Source: Sphingomonas sp. (lineage in GTDB: Bacteria > Pseudomonadota > Alphaproteobacteria > Sphingomonadales > Sphingomonadaceae). Taken from it: a stretch of DNA of 64,000 bases. Positions 10,434-19,246 of the stretch are shown piece after piece; position 1 is the first letter of the stretch, and every line of letters begins with the position of its first letter. The notes beneath the pieces were generated by a model. The model ran no database searches, was not told where the DNA came from, and saw only the letters and a list, made by a program, of their open reading frames with translations. Location of the stretch: contig NZ_JAIXHL010000011.1 of assembly GCF_030145815.1 (NCBI RefSeq), forward strand, positions 62,562 through 126,561, given 5' to 3'. Position numbers and translations under genes: made by a program.

Positions 10434-10447
10434 TTGATATCCGTCAA
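10434..10447. promoter_or_regulatory. Near-consensus Fnr/FixK box in divergent promoter
   Basis: TTGAT-ATCC-GTCAA, 9/10 match to TTGAT-N4-ATCAA, between the 99-aa gene and the NnrR-like gene. Confidence 0.8.
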
Positions 10448-10480
10448 AGAAGGGCGACGATTCGCTGGCGACAAGGGCGC

Positions 10481-11137
10481 ATGTCCCAGCCGAGCGGCCC
10501 TTTTTTCGAGAACATGCCTGCAGACCTCCTGCAGGAGCTTCAGCGCACTGGGTCGCTGCGGACATTCGCGCCGGGCGAAACGCTATTTTACGAGGAAGAC
10601 CGCGCCGATCAGCTGCTAGCGATTGTCGAGGGACGTGTCCGAGTATGGCGAACCTCGCCCCGCGGCGCGGCAATGACCGTCCATTTGCTCGGTCCCGGCG
10701 ACCTGCCTGGCGCTGCTGCCGTATTCGGCGGCATGGCTTATCCAGCAACCGCCACCGCCATTACGGACGTCAGGACGCTAGGCTGGTCGATCGAGCGAGC
10801 GGAGAACATGCTTCAGGAGAACGCGTGGCTCGCCAGCAGCGTTCTCAAGATCATCGCGCACCGCAATGAGGAGATGCTGCAGCGTTTGCATGAAGTCTCG
10901 ACGCAGCCCGTGGAACAACGGGTTGCGCGGACGTTGCTCAGAGTGGCTCCCGAACCAGCCAACTTTACACCCGCTACTCGCCAGGAGTTGGCCGAGCTCT
11001 CGGCGACCACGCTTCACACAGTGAGCAGGATCATCAGCCGTTGGGAGGCAGATGGACTCGTCGATGCCGGGCGCCGTCGGATCCGCATAGCCGACCGGTC
11101 GGGCCTAGCTCAGCGCGCCGATCCGGTCTGCGGTTGA
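10481..11137 (+). CDS. Crp/Fnr family regulator, NnrR-like
   Basis: cNMP-like domain with YPATA; HTH TRQELAELSATTLHTVSRIISRWE (TTLHTVSR is typical of the NnrR branch); no Fe-S cysteines. Confidence 0.85.
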   Translation: MSQPSGPFFENMPADLLQELQRTGSLRTFAPGETLFYEEDRADQLLAIVEGRVRVWRTSPRGAAMTVHLLGPGDLPGAAAVFGGMAYPATATAITDVRTLGWSIERAENMLQENAWLASSVLKIIAHRNEEMLQRLHEVSTQPVEQRVARTLLRVAPEPANFTPATRQELAELSATTLHTVSRIISRWEADGLVDAGRRRIRIADRSGLAQRADPVCG

Positions 11138-11250
11138 GAGGAGCCATGCCGGGTAACCCGTATCGGCCTGTCACCAAGCTGCTGCCCCAGAAACGGGGTG
11201 GCCGAAGAGCAATGGTCAACCACCGACACGCATCTTGTTAGGAGAATGCA

Positions 11251-11916
11251 ATGACTGAGGGCAAATCCAGCCGCGAGATTCGACATCTGGTAGTGCTAGG
11301 TCATCCTCGCGCGGACAGCTTCAATCATGCCATTGCAAAGACCTGGTGCGAGGAAGCAGAAAAGTTCGGTCAGGTTGCCGTCGTCGACGACCTTTATCAG
11401 CGGGGTTTCGATCCAGCGCTGAAGGCGAAGGAGATGCCCGGCCCCGACTACCTTGTGCCATGGGACGTGTCCCATTCGCTTACTCAGATCGCCTCATCGG
11501 ATATGCTGGTTCTCGTCTACCCGATCTGGTTCGGGATGCCGCCGGCGATCGTGAAGGGGTATGTTGATCGCGTGCTCGGCGCCAACTTCTCGGCCGAGGA
11601 GGTGAAGGCAAACCTGCCCAATCCCGAACTCAGCGGGAAACGACTGACGATCATTTCAACGTCGGCGGCTACCCGTCCGTGGCTTGAGGAGCGCGGCCAG
11701 TGGCTTGCCTTGAAGCAGGCCTTCGACACCTATCTCACTCGCGCGTTCGGCTTCGCCGACTGCCATCACGTCCATTTCGACGCGATCGTGCCGGGGCTAA
11801 AGCAGCGCTTCGTCAATGAGCATTTGGAAGTGGTGCGTCAGACGGCGCGAGAGCGCGGTGCCGTCCTTAAATACGGTAATCTCCCACCGCGCCTGATGAG
11901 GCAGCCCGACTTCTGA
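11251..11916 (+). CDS. NAD(P)H-dependent oxidoreductase, flavodoxin-2 fold (NQO/MdaB/KefF-like)
   Basis: LVVLGHPRADSFNHAIA, DDLYQRGFDP, VYPIWFGMPPAIVKGYVDRV. Confidence 0.9.
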   Translation: MTEGKSSREIRHLVVLGHPRADSFNHAIAKTWCEEAEKFGQVAVVDDLYQRGFDPALKAKEMPGPDYLVPWDVSHSLTQIASSDMLVLVYPIWFGMPPAIVKGYVDRVLGANFSAEEVKANLPNPELSGKRLTIISTSAATRPWLEERGQWLALKQAFDTYLTRAFGFADCHHVHFDAIVPGLKQRFVNEHLEVVRQTARERGAVLKYGNLPPRLMRQPDF

Positions 11917-11944
11917 AGAGCCGTCTCGGAGGACGTCGGCGCTA

Positions 11945-12757
11945 TCAGCAGCCCCAGCTGCAGCTGAGCGCGCTTCCGCCGGGCCGCCTCTCTACGCTCA
12001 TGCTGCCGCCGCAGCTGTTGTAGGTGTCGGGCAGCTCCGAGTAGGATGGCGCCAGGACGGCCTTGAAGCCGAGGCGGTTCAACGTTCGCAGCAGCTTGGC
12101 AGGCTCCTCGTGGAACGTGATGGTTCGCTCATGGACACTGTCGGTCTCCGGCGGGCGATACCAGCCCGATGTGACCCGGGACAGCCGCATCCCATGCCAA
12201 GTGGCTCCTGACGGCATCCGCAGTTCGGCCGAGCCACTCCACCCGCCGTCCTTATCCTTGCCGGACTTCGAGATCAGTTTGATCGGCTCGCTGAAGGCAT
12301 CGAGCTTCACGGTGTTCGGAGCACCAGATTCCATCGCTTTGTCCATCATGTCGTAGATGCCAGCCAACGTTTCGCCCGCCACGCACGTCGCCGGCGACGA
12401 AAAGACCAGGGCGTCATCGAGGACGGCTACCTTCATGGGCGCGACGACAGTCGGGGTTGAAGTGGGAGAAGGCCCCGCTGCCATCGCTGCTGGGGATCGC
12501 ACCGGCGCCTGCGAACTGCCCTCTATGGGCCTTATATCGCCATTCGTGGGGGTCCATAGCCACCAGAAGGCCAAAGCGCCCATCATGGAGATCAGCACGC
12601 CGGCGACGATCATCAGAGCAGCGGGTCGGCTCGCAGAAGTTTGGTCCCGCCCCAGGACGCGGCGCTTCTCTGCCCCGAACTCCTCCTCGGTCAACGCACC
12701 CTCGGAGCGGAGGCGGCTGAGCCTTTGCAGGTCGTCGATCCGGTTATCACCCGGCAT
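11945..12757 (-). CDS. SHOCT-domain, single-TM protein with Cys-containing extracytoplasmic domain
   Basis: N-terminal IDDLQRLSRLRSEGALTEEEFGAEKRRVLG (SHOCT), one TM; TGATG coupling to the upstream gene. Confidence 0.75.
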   Translation of the reverse strand: MPGDNRIDDLQRLSRLRSEGALTEEEFGAEKRRVLGRDQTSASRPAALMIVAGVLISMMGALAFWWLWTPTNGDIRPIEGSSQAPVRSPAAMAAGPSPTSTPTVVAPMKVAVLDDALVFSSPATCVAGETLAGIYDMMDKAMESGAPNTVKLDAFSEPIKLISKSGKDKDGGWSGSAELRMPSGATWHGMRLSRVTSGWYRPPETDSVHERTITFHEEPAKLLRTLNRLGFKAVLAPSYSELPDTYNSCGGSMSVERRPGGSALSCSWGC

Positions 12758-13791
12758 CAGAAGTTGTCCCGGTCAATCGTGGGCTTCTGTGGGCTCGACT
12801 TCTCACTTCGTTCTTTCTCGAGCTGCTTCGCATATTGATCCAGCTGGTCACTTGCGACGTCGTTGAAGAACATGAGGGTGCTGCGGCCATCTGCCGGACA
12901 ATGCTTGCCGGTCAGCGAGACGTCGCCGGCAGACCAGTAGCGGACGGTGCAGGAACCGGAGACGGTGCGCTTCGACGCCCCATATTCGCCATCGAGCAGG
13001 CTGACATACCTCTCGTAGTCCGAAACAGCAGCCATGGTGTAGGTGGCCCGCAGCAGATGTCGCACGAACCCTTGGATCTCCACGCTGGTGACACCAGGCA
13101 GGCCAGTGGGGGCGGTGAGTGTCCATTCTGGGAGTGAATTGTCGAGATTCTCCGAAGACGTGACGGAGCTCCCTCGCGACTCAAACGCGGCGACGAGATC
13201 GAAGACGTCTGTTCGCAGAGGATCAGTTCCTGCGAGCTTTACACGCGTCGTCGGGTAAGTCCTTGTGCTAATGCCGAAGAGGGCCTGCGCCAAATCTGGC
13301 CCCATCTGGTCGCGGCCGAACCGCGGCCCCGAATATGCCACACCGATGCTCTGCGGACCAAGGTTGAGCAGGGTCAACGTCTTTAGAGCATGACGGAACG
13401 TGATCTGGTCTCGGTGGGATACGTTTCCCGCCTCAAACCGGCTCCCGGTTGTCACCTTGTCCTTGCCGCAGGCTCTGATTGGATCGAGCGACTGCATGCC
13501 CCAGCTTCCAATCAGCAAGCTTATCCCTTCCCCCGGAGCGCGGATCATCTTGATCTTCACCGACGCCTTCTCCCTCGGGCTGTCGCACTTCCACTCTGCA
13601 TCGTGAGCGCTGTCGGTAAGACTGCGCTGACACCCGGTTGCGCCCTCGACAAGCGGGACCAAGCGCTCGAAGTCGCTTTCGGAGCTCGGAACGAGGTCGG
13701 GGATTGCGCACCAGTTGACAGCAGCCGACGCCTTGCTCGACGCGATCAGCGCCAGCGTCGCAAGCGCCAGGCCCGAAAATTTCCGCTTCAT
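12757..13791 (-). CDS. Secreted hypothetical protein (344 aa)
   Basis: Signal peptide MKRKFSGLALATLALIASSKASA; six Cys; no family recognised. Confidence 0.75.
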   Translation of the reverse strand: MKRKFSGLALATLALIASSKASAAVNWCAIPDLVPSSESDFERLVPLVEGATGCQRSLTDSAHDAEWKCDSPREKASVKIKMIRAPGEGISLLIGSWGMQSLDPIRACGKDKVTTGSRFEAGNVSHRDQITFRHALKTLTLLNLGPQSIGVAYSGPRFGRDQMGPDLAQALFGISTRTYPTTRVKLAGTDPLRTDVFDLVAAFESRGSSVTSSENLDNSLPEWTLTAPTGLPGVTSVEIQGFVRHLLRATYTMAAVSDYERYVSLLDGEYGASKRTVSGSCTVRYWSAGDVSLTGKHCPADGRSTLMFFNDVASDQLDQYAKQLEKERSEKSSPQKPTIDRDNF

Positions 13792-13939
13792 CTTTCCCCT
13801 CGCACGAGGCCGCCGCCCAACTCGATCCCATGATCTTGCTCTGCATCGGGGTTTTGCTTTCCCATTTCAATTGTCGTCGGGTCATACGCGGACGAAAGGC
13901 GCTTGGATTCGTAATGCTTCTGACGGTAGTGATCGACTC

Positions 13940-15340
13940 ATGGGGGCATGGTCGAAGATGCGGGGGTTCTTCGATCGGAGCGAGCCGTTGCGCGCTCCGA
14001 TGGACGATCCGTTCATCCAGCTGGATCGCGACGCGCTCGCTCGCGAGCTCCGACTTCGCGAACGTGGGGGCGAGCAGGGGACCTTGGAGCTGCCACCTTC
14101 CACCGCGCAGGCTCCCGATTCCGTCGAGGCTGATGTCGAGGTTCGGATCCGAGACCATTTCAAGCGGGCGCAGATCGATGCAGCCAACGCGATACGGACA
14201 TACGACTCGAGGCTTGGCGGATTGGAGCTGCTGGCCAATCTGAGCTCGATCCGGACTCAGGCGAGCGTAGCGGTGGGCGACTTCAAGACCGAGGTGATCA
14301 ACCGCCGCGGAAGGCTTTCGACCAGGCGCGATGCCATCCGCGACAGCTACGAGGAGCTTCGGGACTTCCGCCGCGAAAACGGTCTGCGTCGGCCTGCACA
14401 TGACGTCCCACCGGACGTGGTGACCATCGGCTCCATGCTCGTATTCTGGCTGCTTGAGACCATCCTGAATTCCATGTTCCTCCGGCTGGGCGACGATATG
14501 GGCTGGATAGGCGGCGTTTTCGCCGCCGCTGCCGTCGGTGCGATCAACGTCGGAATCGCCGCAGCGGTGGGCCGCAAGGTCTGGCCACTGGTGCATCACC
14601 GCTCCGTGCCTATGCGCGCACTTGCTTGGACGGGGATCACAGCCTGGCTGGTGCTGACGGTCGTATGGAATTTGCTGGCAGGTCACTATCGCGACGCCAA
14701 AGCGCTCGGGATCGAGAGCCCGGAAACTGCGGCCTTGGGCATGCTTACCTCTTCCCTCGACAGCCTCTACTCATATGGTCTGCTCGGTCTAGGTCTTGTC
14801 TTCGCGATCGGCGCTGCAATGGCCGCCTACAAGATGGACGATCCATTCCCCGGCTATGGTCCGGTCTGGCGGCGGCACGCCGGCCGCTGCGAAGACTATG
14901 TGGCAGGTGTCGAAGACGCCTCGGCGGAGTTGCTGCACATCCGCGACGAGGCGATCGGCGAAGCCACGGACGTGCGTCTGGAGCTTGGAAGGCAGTTGAG
15001 CCAGCGGCACCAGATCCTAGCGGCGCGAGATGCCTTCCGCCGGCGCTACGAGGAGTATGTCGAACAGCTCGAAGCCACGGGGAACGCGCTGCTGCAGGAA
15101 TACCGCTCCGCTAACCGCGCAAGTCGGACAACGCCCGAACCCGTGCATTTCGATCAAATCTGGAAGCTGACCTATGAGCCACTTCCGCCAGCGCCTGGTG
15201 AAGATATTCCACGTTCAGCGATCGATGCAGCCGAGCATGACCTAGAAGCGACCGTGTCCCACATCGCGCGGGCCTTCGACGAGGCCATCGACAGCTTCGA
15301 GCCGCTTGACGACCTGAAGAGGCGCATCGAGGATGGCTAG
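13940..15340 (+). CDS. 4-TM membrane protein with N- and C-terminal coiled coils
   Basis: ORF opens at 13715; ATG 13940 (MGAWSKMRGFF) chosen. Four hydrophobic segments in the middle followed by DDPFPGYG; helical charged flanks. Overlaps the next gene by 8 bp. Confidence 0.75.
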   Translation: MGAWSKMRGFFDRSEPLRAPMDDPFIQLDRDALARELRLRERGGEQGTLELPPSTAQAPDSVEADVEVRIRDHFKRAQIDAANAIRTYDSRLGGLELLANLSSIRTQASVAVGDFKTEVINRRGRLSTRRDAIRDSYEELRDFRRENGLRRPAHDVPPDVVTIGSMLVFWLLETILNSMFLRLGDDMGWIGGVFAAAAVGAINVGIAAAVGRKVWPLVHHRSVPMRALAWTGITAWLVLTVVWNLLAGHYRDAKALGIESPETAALGMLTSSLDSLYSYGLLGLGLVFAIGAAMAAYKMDDPFPGYGPVWRRHAGRCEDYVAGVEDASAELLHIRDEAIGEATDVRLELGRQLSQRHQILAARDAFRRRYEEYVEQLEATGNALLQEYRSANRASRTTPEPVHFDQIWKLTYEPLPPAPGEDIPRSAIDAAEHDLEATVSHIARAFDEAIDSFEPLDDLKRRIEDG

Positions 15341-16172
15341 AACTCGCGACCGCAGGGCCGAACGCGGAAGAAATGGGAGCGCCAACCGCGGAGCGGCGCA
15401 ATCTCGCAACGCCCTCCTCAAGATCATAGGCGTCGTTGCCGTGGTGCTGGTGATGGGCGGCGTCTATTTCACAGTGGCATCGGGTCAGCGTCAGCTGGAT
15501 GATCGGCTGTGTCCTACGACGCCCGACAGCATCACGGTCCTGCTTGTGGACGTGACCGACCCCATGAACATGGCTCAGCGACAGGACTTCGAGAACCAGC
15601 TCACCAGGCTGAAGAACTCCATTCCGCGCTACGGCAAGCTCGTCGTGGCAAAGGTGGACGCGACGGGTGATCGGCTGCTCTCGCCAGTCATCACGCGCTG
15701 CAATCCGGGCACTGCCGAGGATGTCAGTTCCGCAACCGGGAACCCGGGCGCTGTGCAGAAGCAGTGGGACGAGCAATTCGACGCCCCTCTCAAACAGGCT
15801 TTCGCCCAGCTACAGCGTGCCAGCGGTGCCGATAGATCCCCCATTCTTGAAAGCATCCAGTCCGTCGCCTTGACCGAATTGCAGAGGCCGGGACTCGAGA
15901 AGATGCCAAAGCGCCTCGTGGTCGCGTCGGATCTGCTCCAAAATACTGCTGACGTCAGCTTCTATCGTGACTTGCCTGCACCAAGAAGTTTCGTCGAGAG
16001 CCCCCTATTCAGGCGGATGCGGACGGACCTCCGCGGCGTCGCGGTCGAGCTTTGGATGCTTGAGCGGCCGGACGCAGCACAGACGCAGCCGCGGTCGCTG
16101 GCGGAGCTTTGGGAGCGCATCATCGACGCCGAGGGGGGCGAGGTGCGCCGGATCTACAACGTGAGCGGATGA
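15333..16172 (+). CDS. Membrane-anchored vWA-like protein
   Basis: Basic N-terminus plus TM, then VLLVDVTDPM (degenerate MIDAS DxSxS), SPILESIQSV and LVVASDLLQN, matching the vWA strand/motif order. Confidence 0.65.
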   Translation: MARTRDRRAERGRNGSANRGAAQSRNALLKIIGVVAVVLVMGGVYFTVASGQRQLDDRLCPTTPDSITVLLVDVTDPMNMAQRQDFENQLTRLKNSIPRYGKLVVAKVDATGDRLLSPVITRCNPGTAEDVSSATGNPGAVQKQWDEQFDAPLKQAFAQLQRASGADRSPILESIQSVALTELQRPGLEKMPKRLVVASDLLQNTADVSFYRDLPAPRSFVESPLFRRMRTDLRGVAVELWMLERPDAAQTQPRSLAELWERIIDAEGGEVRRIYNVSG

Positions 16173-16173
16173 C

Positions 16174-17490
16174 ATGGGTCAAGGGGCGGAATTTCATCGG
16201 GATCTACTGGAGGAGCGGGGCTGGATCGATCGGTGGGGCTTCCTGCTCTTCGCATTCGGAGGCGGCGCCGCGATTCTGCTTGCCAAGTCCATCGGGCTGA
16301 CCGCCATCCCGGTGGCGGCCTTCGCGGCCGTGGCGATGGTCGCGTATGCAGCAATCGTGCAGACATCCGGCACGGGACGCCTCCGCGCCGATCAGGCGGG
16401 GGACAACTGTTATTATCTCGGGCTCATCTACACGCTGATCAGTCTCGCCTACGCCATCTTCTTCTTCGATCCCGCGACGACTGCGACCACCATCGTTCAA
16501 GGATTCGGCATCGCCCTCGCCACGACAATCATGGGCTTGGTGCTTCGCGTCTTCTTCAATCAAAGCCGGGTGGATCTTGTCGAAACCGAGGACACGGCCC
16601 GCATCGAGCTTGCGGACGCTGCCGGGCGGCTGAAAGCCGAACTCCAGGCGATCACCATCAGCATGAGCGATTACGGGCGTGAGACAAGGCAGGCGCTCGA
16701 GGAGCTTCGCTCGCAGGTAGTGGAGGCGCTCGGCGACGTCCAGCAGGATGCTGCGAAATCAATGAGCGAAACGGCGACTGCCGCAGCAGAGGCAATTGGC
16801 TCTGTGGCGACGAGGGCAACGGAAGCCATGGCGGCGATGTCGAGTTCCGCTACGGAGACCGTGACCCAGCAGTCCAACGAGGCGGTCTCGCGCGGAAAGC
16901 GGATGTCCACCGCAACAGACAAGGTCGTTCAAAGCATCGAGAAGCACGCAGAAGCGATGTCAGGGATCGAGCGATCCACCGGCGCCATCAGCACGAGTCT
17001 CACAACTCTCCAGGGTGCTGCCGAACGCACCCAGGAGAACTTGGGTGAGCTTTCCCGCCGCGCGGAGCAGCTTGCCGGCGCCCACACCTCACTCGTCGCG
17101 GCCGGGGAGGACCTTCGCCAAGCCGTTGCCGATATCGCAACCCAGGTCCGGAGCTTCGATGAGACGGCTGCCCGTTTCGATAAGAACGTTACCGAACGAC
17201 TGGAGCGGATCGAAGGTGCGCCAACGAAGATCGCAGGCCGCACTGCAGACGCCCTCGCGCAGGCTGCTCAGGCTATGGAGGAGCAGTTCACAGCGATAAC
17301 GAAGTCTCAGGAACGTTTCGTCGATGAGTTGAAAAAGCGGACCGAAGCGGGCGTGGCCATGCTCGATCGTCACAACGCCGCACTCGAGACGGACCTCGAC
17401 CGCTCGCGTGAGAACGTAGGGAAAGTTCATGCCGCGCTTGTGGAGATGACCGGGTCGCTGGTCACCCGTGTGCAGGCCTCCGAAGCGTGA
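16174..17490 (+). CDS. MotA/ExbB-fold membrane protein with ~300-aa helical tail (ZorA-like)
   Basis: TM pair YYLGLIYTLISL / GFGIALATTIMGLVLRVFF resembles MotA/ExbB TM3-TM4; long Ala/Glu/Ser/Thr-rich heptad tail; coupled to an OmpA/MotB-like gene. Confidence 0.75.
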   Translation: MGQGAEFHRDLLEERGWIDRWGFLLFAFGGGAAILLAKSIGLTAIPVAAFAAVAMVAYAAIVQTSGTGRLRADQAGDNCYYLGLIYTLISLAYAIFFFDPATTATTIVQGFGIALATTIMGLVLRVFFNQSRVDLVETEDTARIELADAAGRLKAELQAITISMSDYGRETRQALEELRSQVVEALGDVQQDAAKSMSETATAAAEAIGSVATRATEAMAAMSSSATETVTQQSNEAVSRGKRMSTATDKVVQSIEKHAEAMSGIERSTGAISTSLTTLQGAAERTQENLGELSRRAEQLAGAHTSLVAAGEDLRQAVADIATQVRSFDETAARFDKNVTERLERIEGAPTKIAGRTADALAQAAQAMEEQFTAITKSQERFVDELKKRTEAGVAMLDRHNAALETDLDRSRENVGKVHAALVEMTGSLVTRVQASEA

Positions 17491-18407
17491 GCGAACAGCA
17501 ACTCGACCTTCGACAGGATAAGTCATATCGGCGAGGCCTCGTTCTAGGCCTGACGATGGCCGAAATCATGATCCTCCTGCTGTTCGTTCTCCTGATGGCC
17601 CTCGCCGCCGCCCTGCAGAACCGCGACTCCCGCATCCAAGCTCTGGATGGTGGCGGCGCGTCTCGACTCGTCGAGGAGTTGCAGCGGGCCTACCCTCAGG
17701 CGAGGAACAGCGACGACTATTTCAAGGAACTGACGCGCGCGATCGAAGCACGTCGCCAAGTCGAGGCTGCAAGCGTGGAGCGGGGCGCCGATAACCTGAT
17801 GGCAGACGCCGAGGTCGGCCGTCAGGTTCGCGAGGCAGCGGCGTCCAGCGGGGTCAAGGATTCAGAGCAGTTCGTGAAGGAGGTCGTGGCAGCCTCGTCC
17901 CGGGGACGCAAAGGGCAATGGCCGCCATTCTTCAGTCTGAGCGAGGCGGGGGGCTACTTCTTCGATAGCGGCAAGGCGACCTTGCGCCCCGAGTTCGATC
18001 GCAACCTTCGCGATGAGGTGATCCCCATGCTCGCCAAGAGCGTCTCCGACTACGACGTCGATGTGGTGGAAGTAATTGGGCACACGGACGAGGTTCCGAT
18101 GTCCGGCACCAGCAACCTGGATGGATCTCTCATCGCGGCTTCAGTAGGCCGAACCTCGATCGCTCAACTACGGTCCACCGACAATGCCGGGCTTGCAATG
18201 GCTCGCGCCGTCGCCGTGGTTCACGTGCTTCGCGCCGATCCGCGCCTGCGGCGCGTATCGATCCTGCCGCTGTCCGGCGCCCAGATGATCGTTCCGGTGG
18301 ACCGAGTGGCCGACGGGACTGCCCGTGGTGATGATCAGCGCCGCCGCCGGATCGAGATCCGCATGCGGCGATCGACGCAGCAGGCCTCACCATCGATGAG
18401 GCGGTGA
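17487..18407 (+). CDS. MotB/OmpA-like protein (ZorB-like)
   Basis: N-terminal TM LGLTMAEIMILLLFVLL; OmpA-like C-domain FFDSGKATL...VEVIGHTD...LAMARA..V...RRRIEI; GTGA overlap with the previous gene. Confidence 0.85.
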   Translation: MSEQQLDLRQDKSYRRGLVLGLTMAEIMILLLFVLLMALAAALQNRDSRIQALDGGGASRLVEELQRAYPQARNSDDYFKELTRAIEARRQVEAASVERGADNLMADAEVGRQVREAAASSGVKDSEQFVKEVVAASSRGRKGQWPPFFSLSEAGGYFFDSGKATLRPEFDRNLRDEVIPMLAKSVSDYDVDVVEVIGHTDEVPMSGTSNLDGSLIAASVGRTSIAQLRSTDNAGLAMARAVAVVHVLRADPRLRRVSILPLSGAQMIVPVDRVADGTARGDDQRRRRIEIRMRRSTQQASPSMRR

Positions 18408-18410
18408 GGA

Positions 18411-18608
18411 ATGGATCAGCTCGATCTAAATCTCGCCGCGCTAAAGGCTGCAGTGGCAGAGCGAGCCCGGCGGGCTGAAGCTCCGGCACCCATCGAGCAA
18501 CCAGCCGGAGCAGCATCCTTGGTTGATTCTTCTTCAAATATTCCACCTACATTCATCGAGAGCCCAGAAACGCCACGCAGCTGGCTCGCGCGTCTGTTCG
18601 GCGGTTAG
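18411..18608 (+). CDS. Hypothetical 65-aa protein
   Basis: GAGGA RBS overlapping the previous stop; 3-bp and 2-bp gaps to neighbours; ends in amphipathic SWLARLFGG. Confidence 0.6.
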   Translation: MDQLDLNLAALKAAVAERARRAEAPAPIEQPAGAASLVDSSSNIPPTFIESPETPRSWLARLFGG

Positions 18609-18610
18609 CC

Positions 18611-19246
18611 ATGCGTCGCAGTTATGATTGCAGCCTGCGCACACGCGGATCCGGCCAGCGTAGACGATCCGGCCCGGTCACGAGCGCGTCCGAGCGCGTG
18701 CTGCTCGTCATCGCGTGCCTGGCGTTCATCGGCGTTCTGGTAATGGTTTATCACCGTGGCGAGAGGCAGCGATCCTCGTTCCAAGCCTCCCAATCGATCC
18801 AGGCAGCTGCGCGCAGTGACAAAGTGGCTCCTGCAGAAGAACCGACGATTGCTGAAATGCAGCCCGAACTCAGGAAAGCGAATGAGCGCAGCGTCGATCA
18901 AGTGGGTGAGTTCACGATCTGCCATACTGGAGGCGGACGGAACTGTGTGGTCGACGGCGATACTGTCTGGATCGAGGGCATCAAGATCCGGATAGCCGAC
19001 ATCGATGCGCCAGAGACGCACCCGCCCAGGTGCGATGAGGAGGCACGGCTGGGAAGCAGGGCCACTGAGCGCCTCGCCGAGTTAATGAACCTCGGCCCGT
19101 TTGATCAAATGGTCCAAGGTCGTGCGAAGGACAGGTATGGTCGCCAACTGCGGGTTCTGATGCGAGACGGGACTTCGCTAGGAGAGCAGCTTGTCGCGGA
19201 AGGTCTGGCGCGGCGCTGGGAGGGTGCGCGGCAACCGTGGTGCTGA
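18611..19246 (+). CDS. Thermonuclease (SNase-like) family protein with N-terminal TM
   Basis: VVDGDTV, IRIADIDAPET, KDRYGRQL, LVAEGLA catalytic motifs. Confidence 0.9.
   Translation: MRRSYDCSLRTRGSGQRRRSGPVTSASERVLLVIACLAFIGVLVMVYHRGERQRSSFQASQSIQAAARSDKVAPAEEPTIAEMQPELRKANERSVDQVGEFTICHTGGGRNCVVDGDTVWIEGIKIRIADIDAPETHPPRCDEEARLGSRATERLAELMNLGPFDQMVQGRAKDRYGRQLRVLMRDGTSLGEQLVAEGLARRWEGARQPWC

Noticed and set aside
13433-14686. 417-aa minus-strand ORF
   Set aside because: Overlaps two better-supported genes; no family motifs.
16174-18407. Calling these genes flagellar motAB or canonical zorAB
   Set aside because: No flagellar context, a long tail unlike MotA, Glu in place of Asp, and no recognisable zorC/D/E/F/G, so no symbols were assigned.
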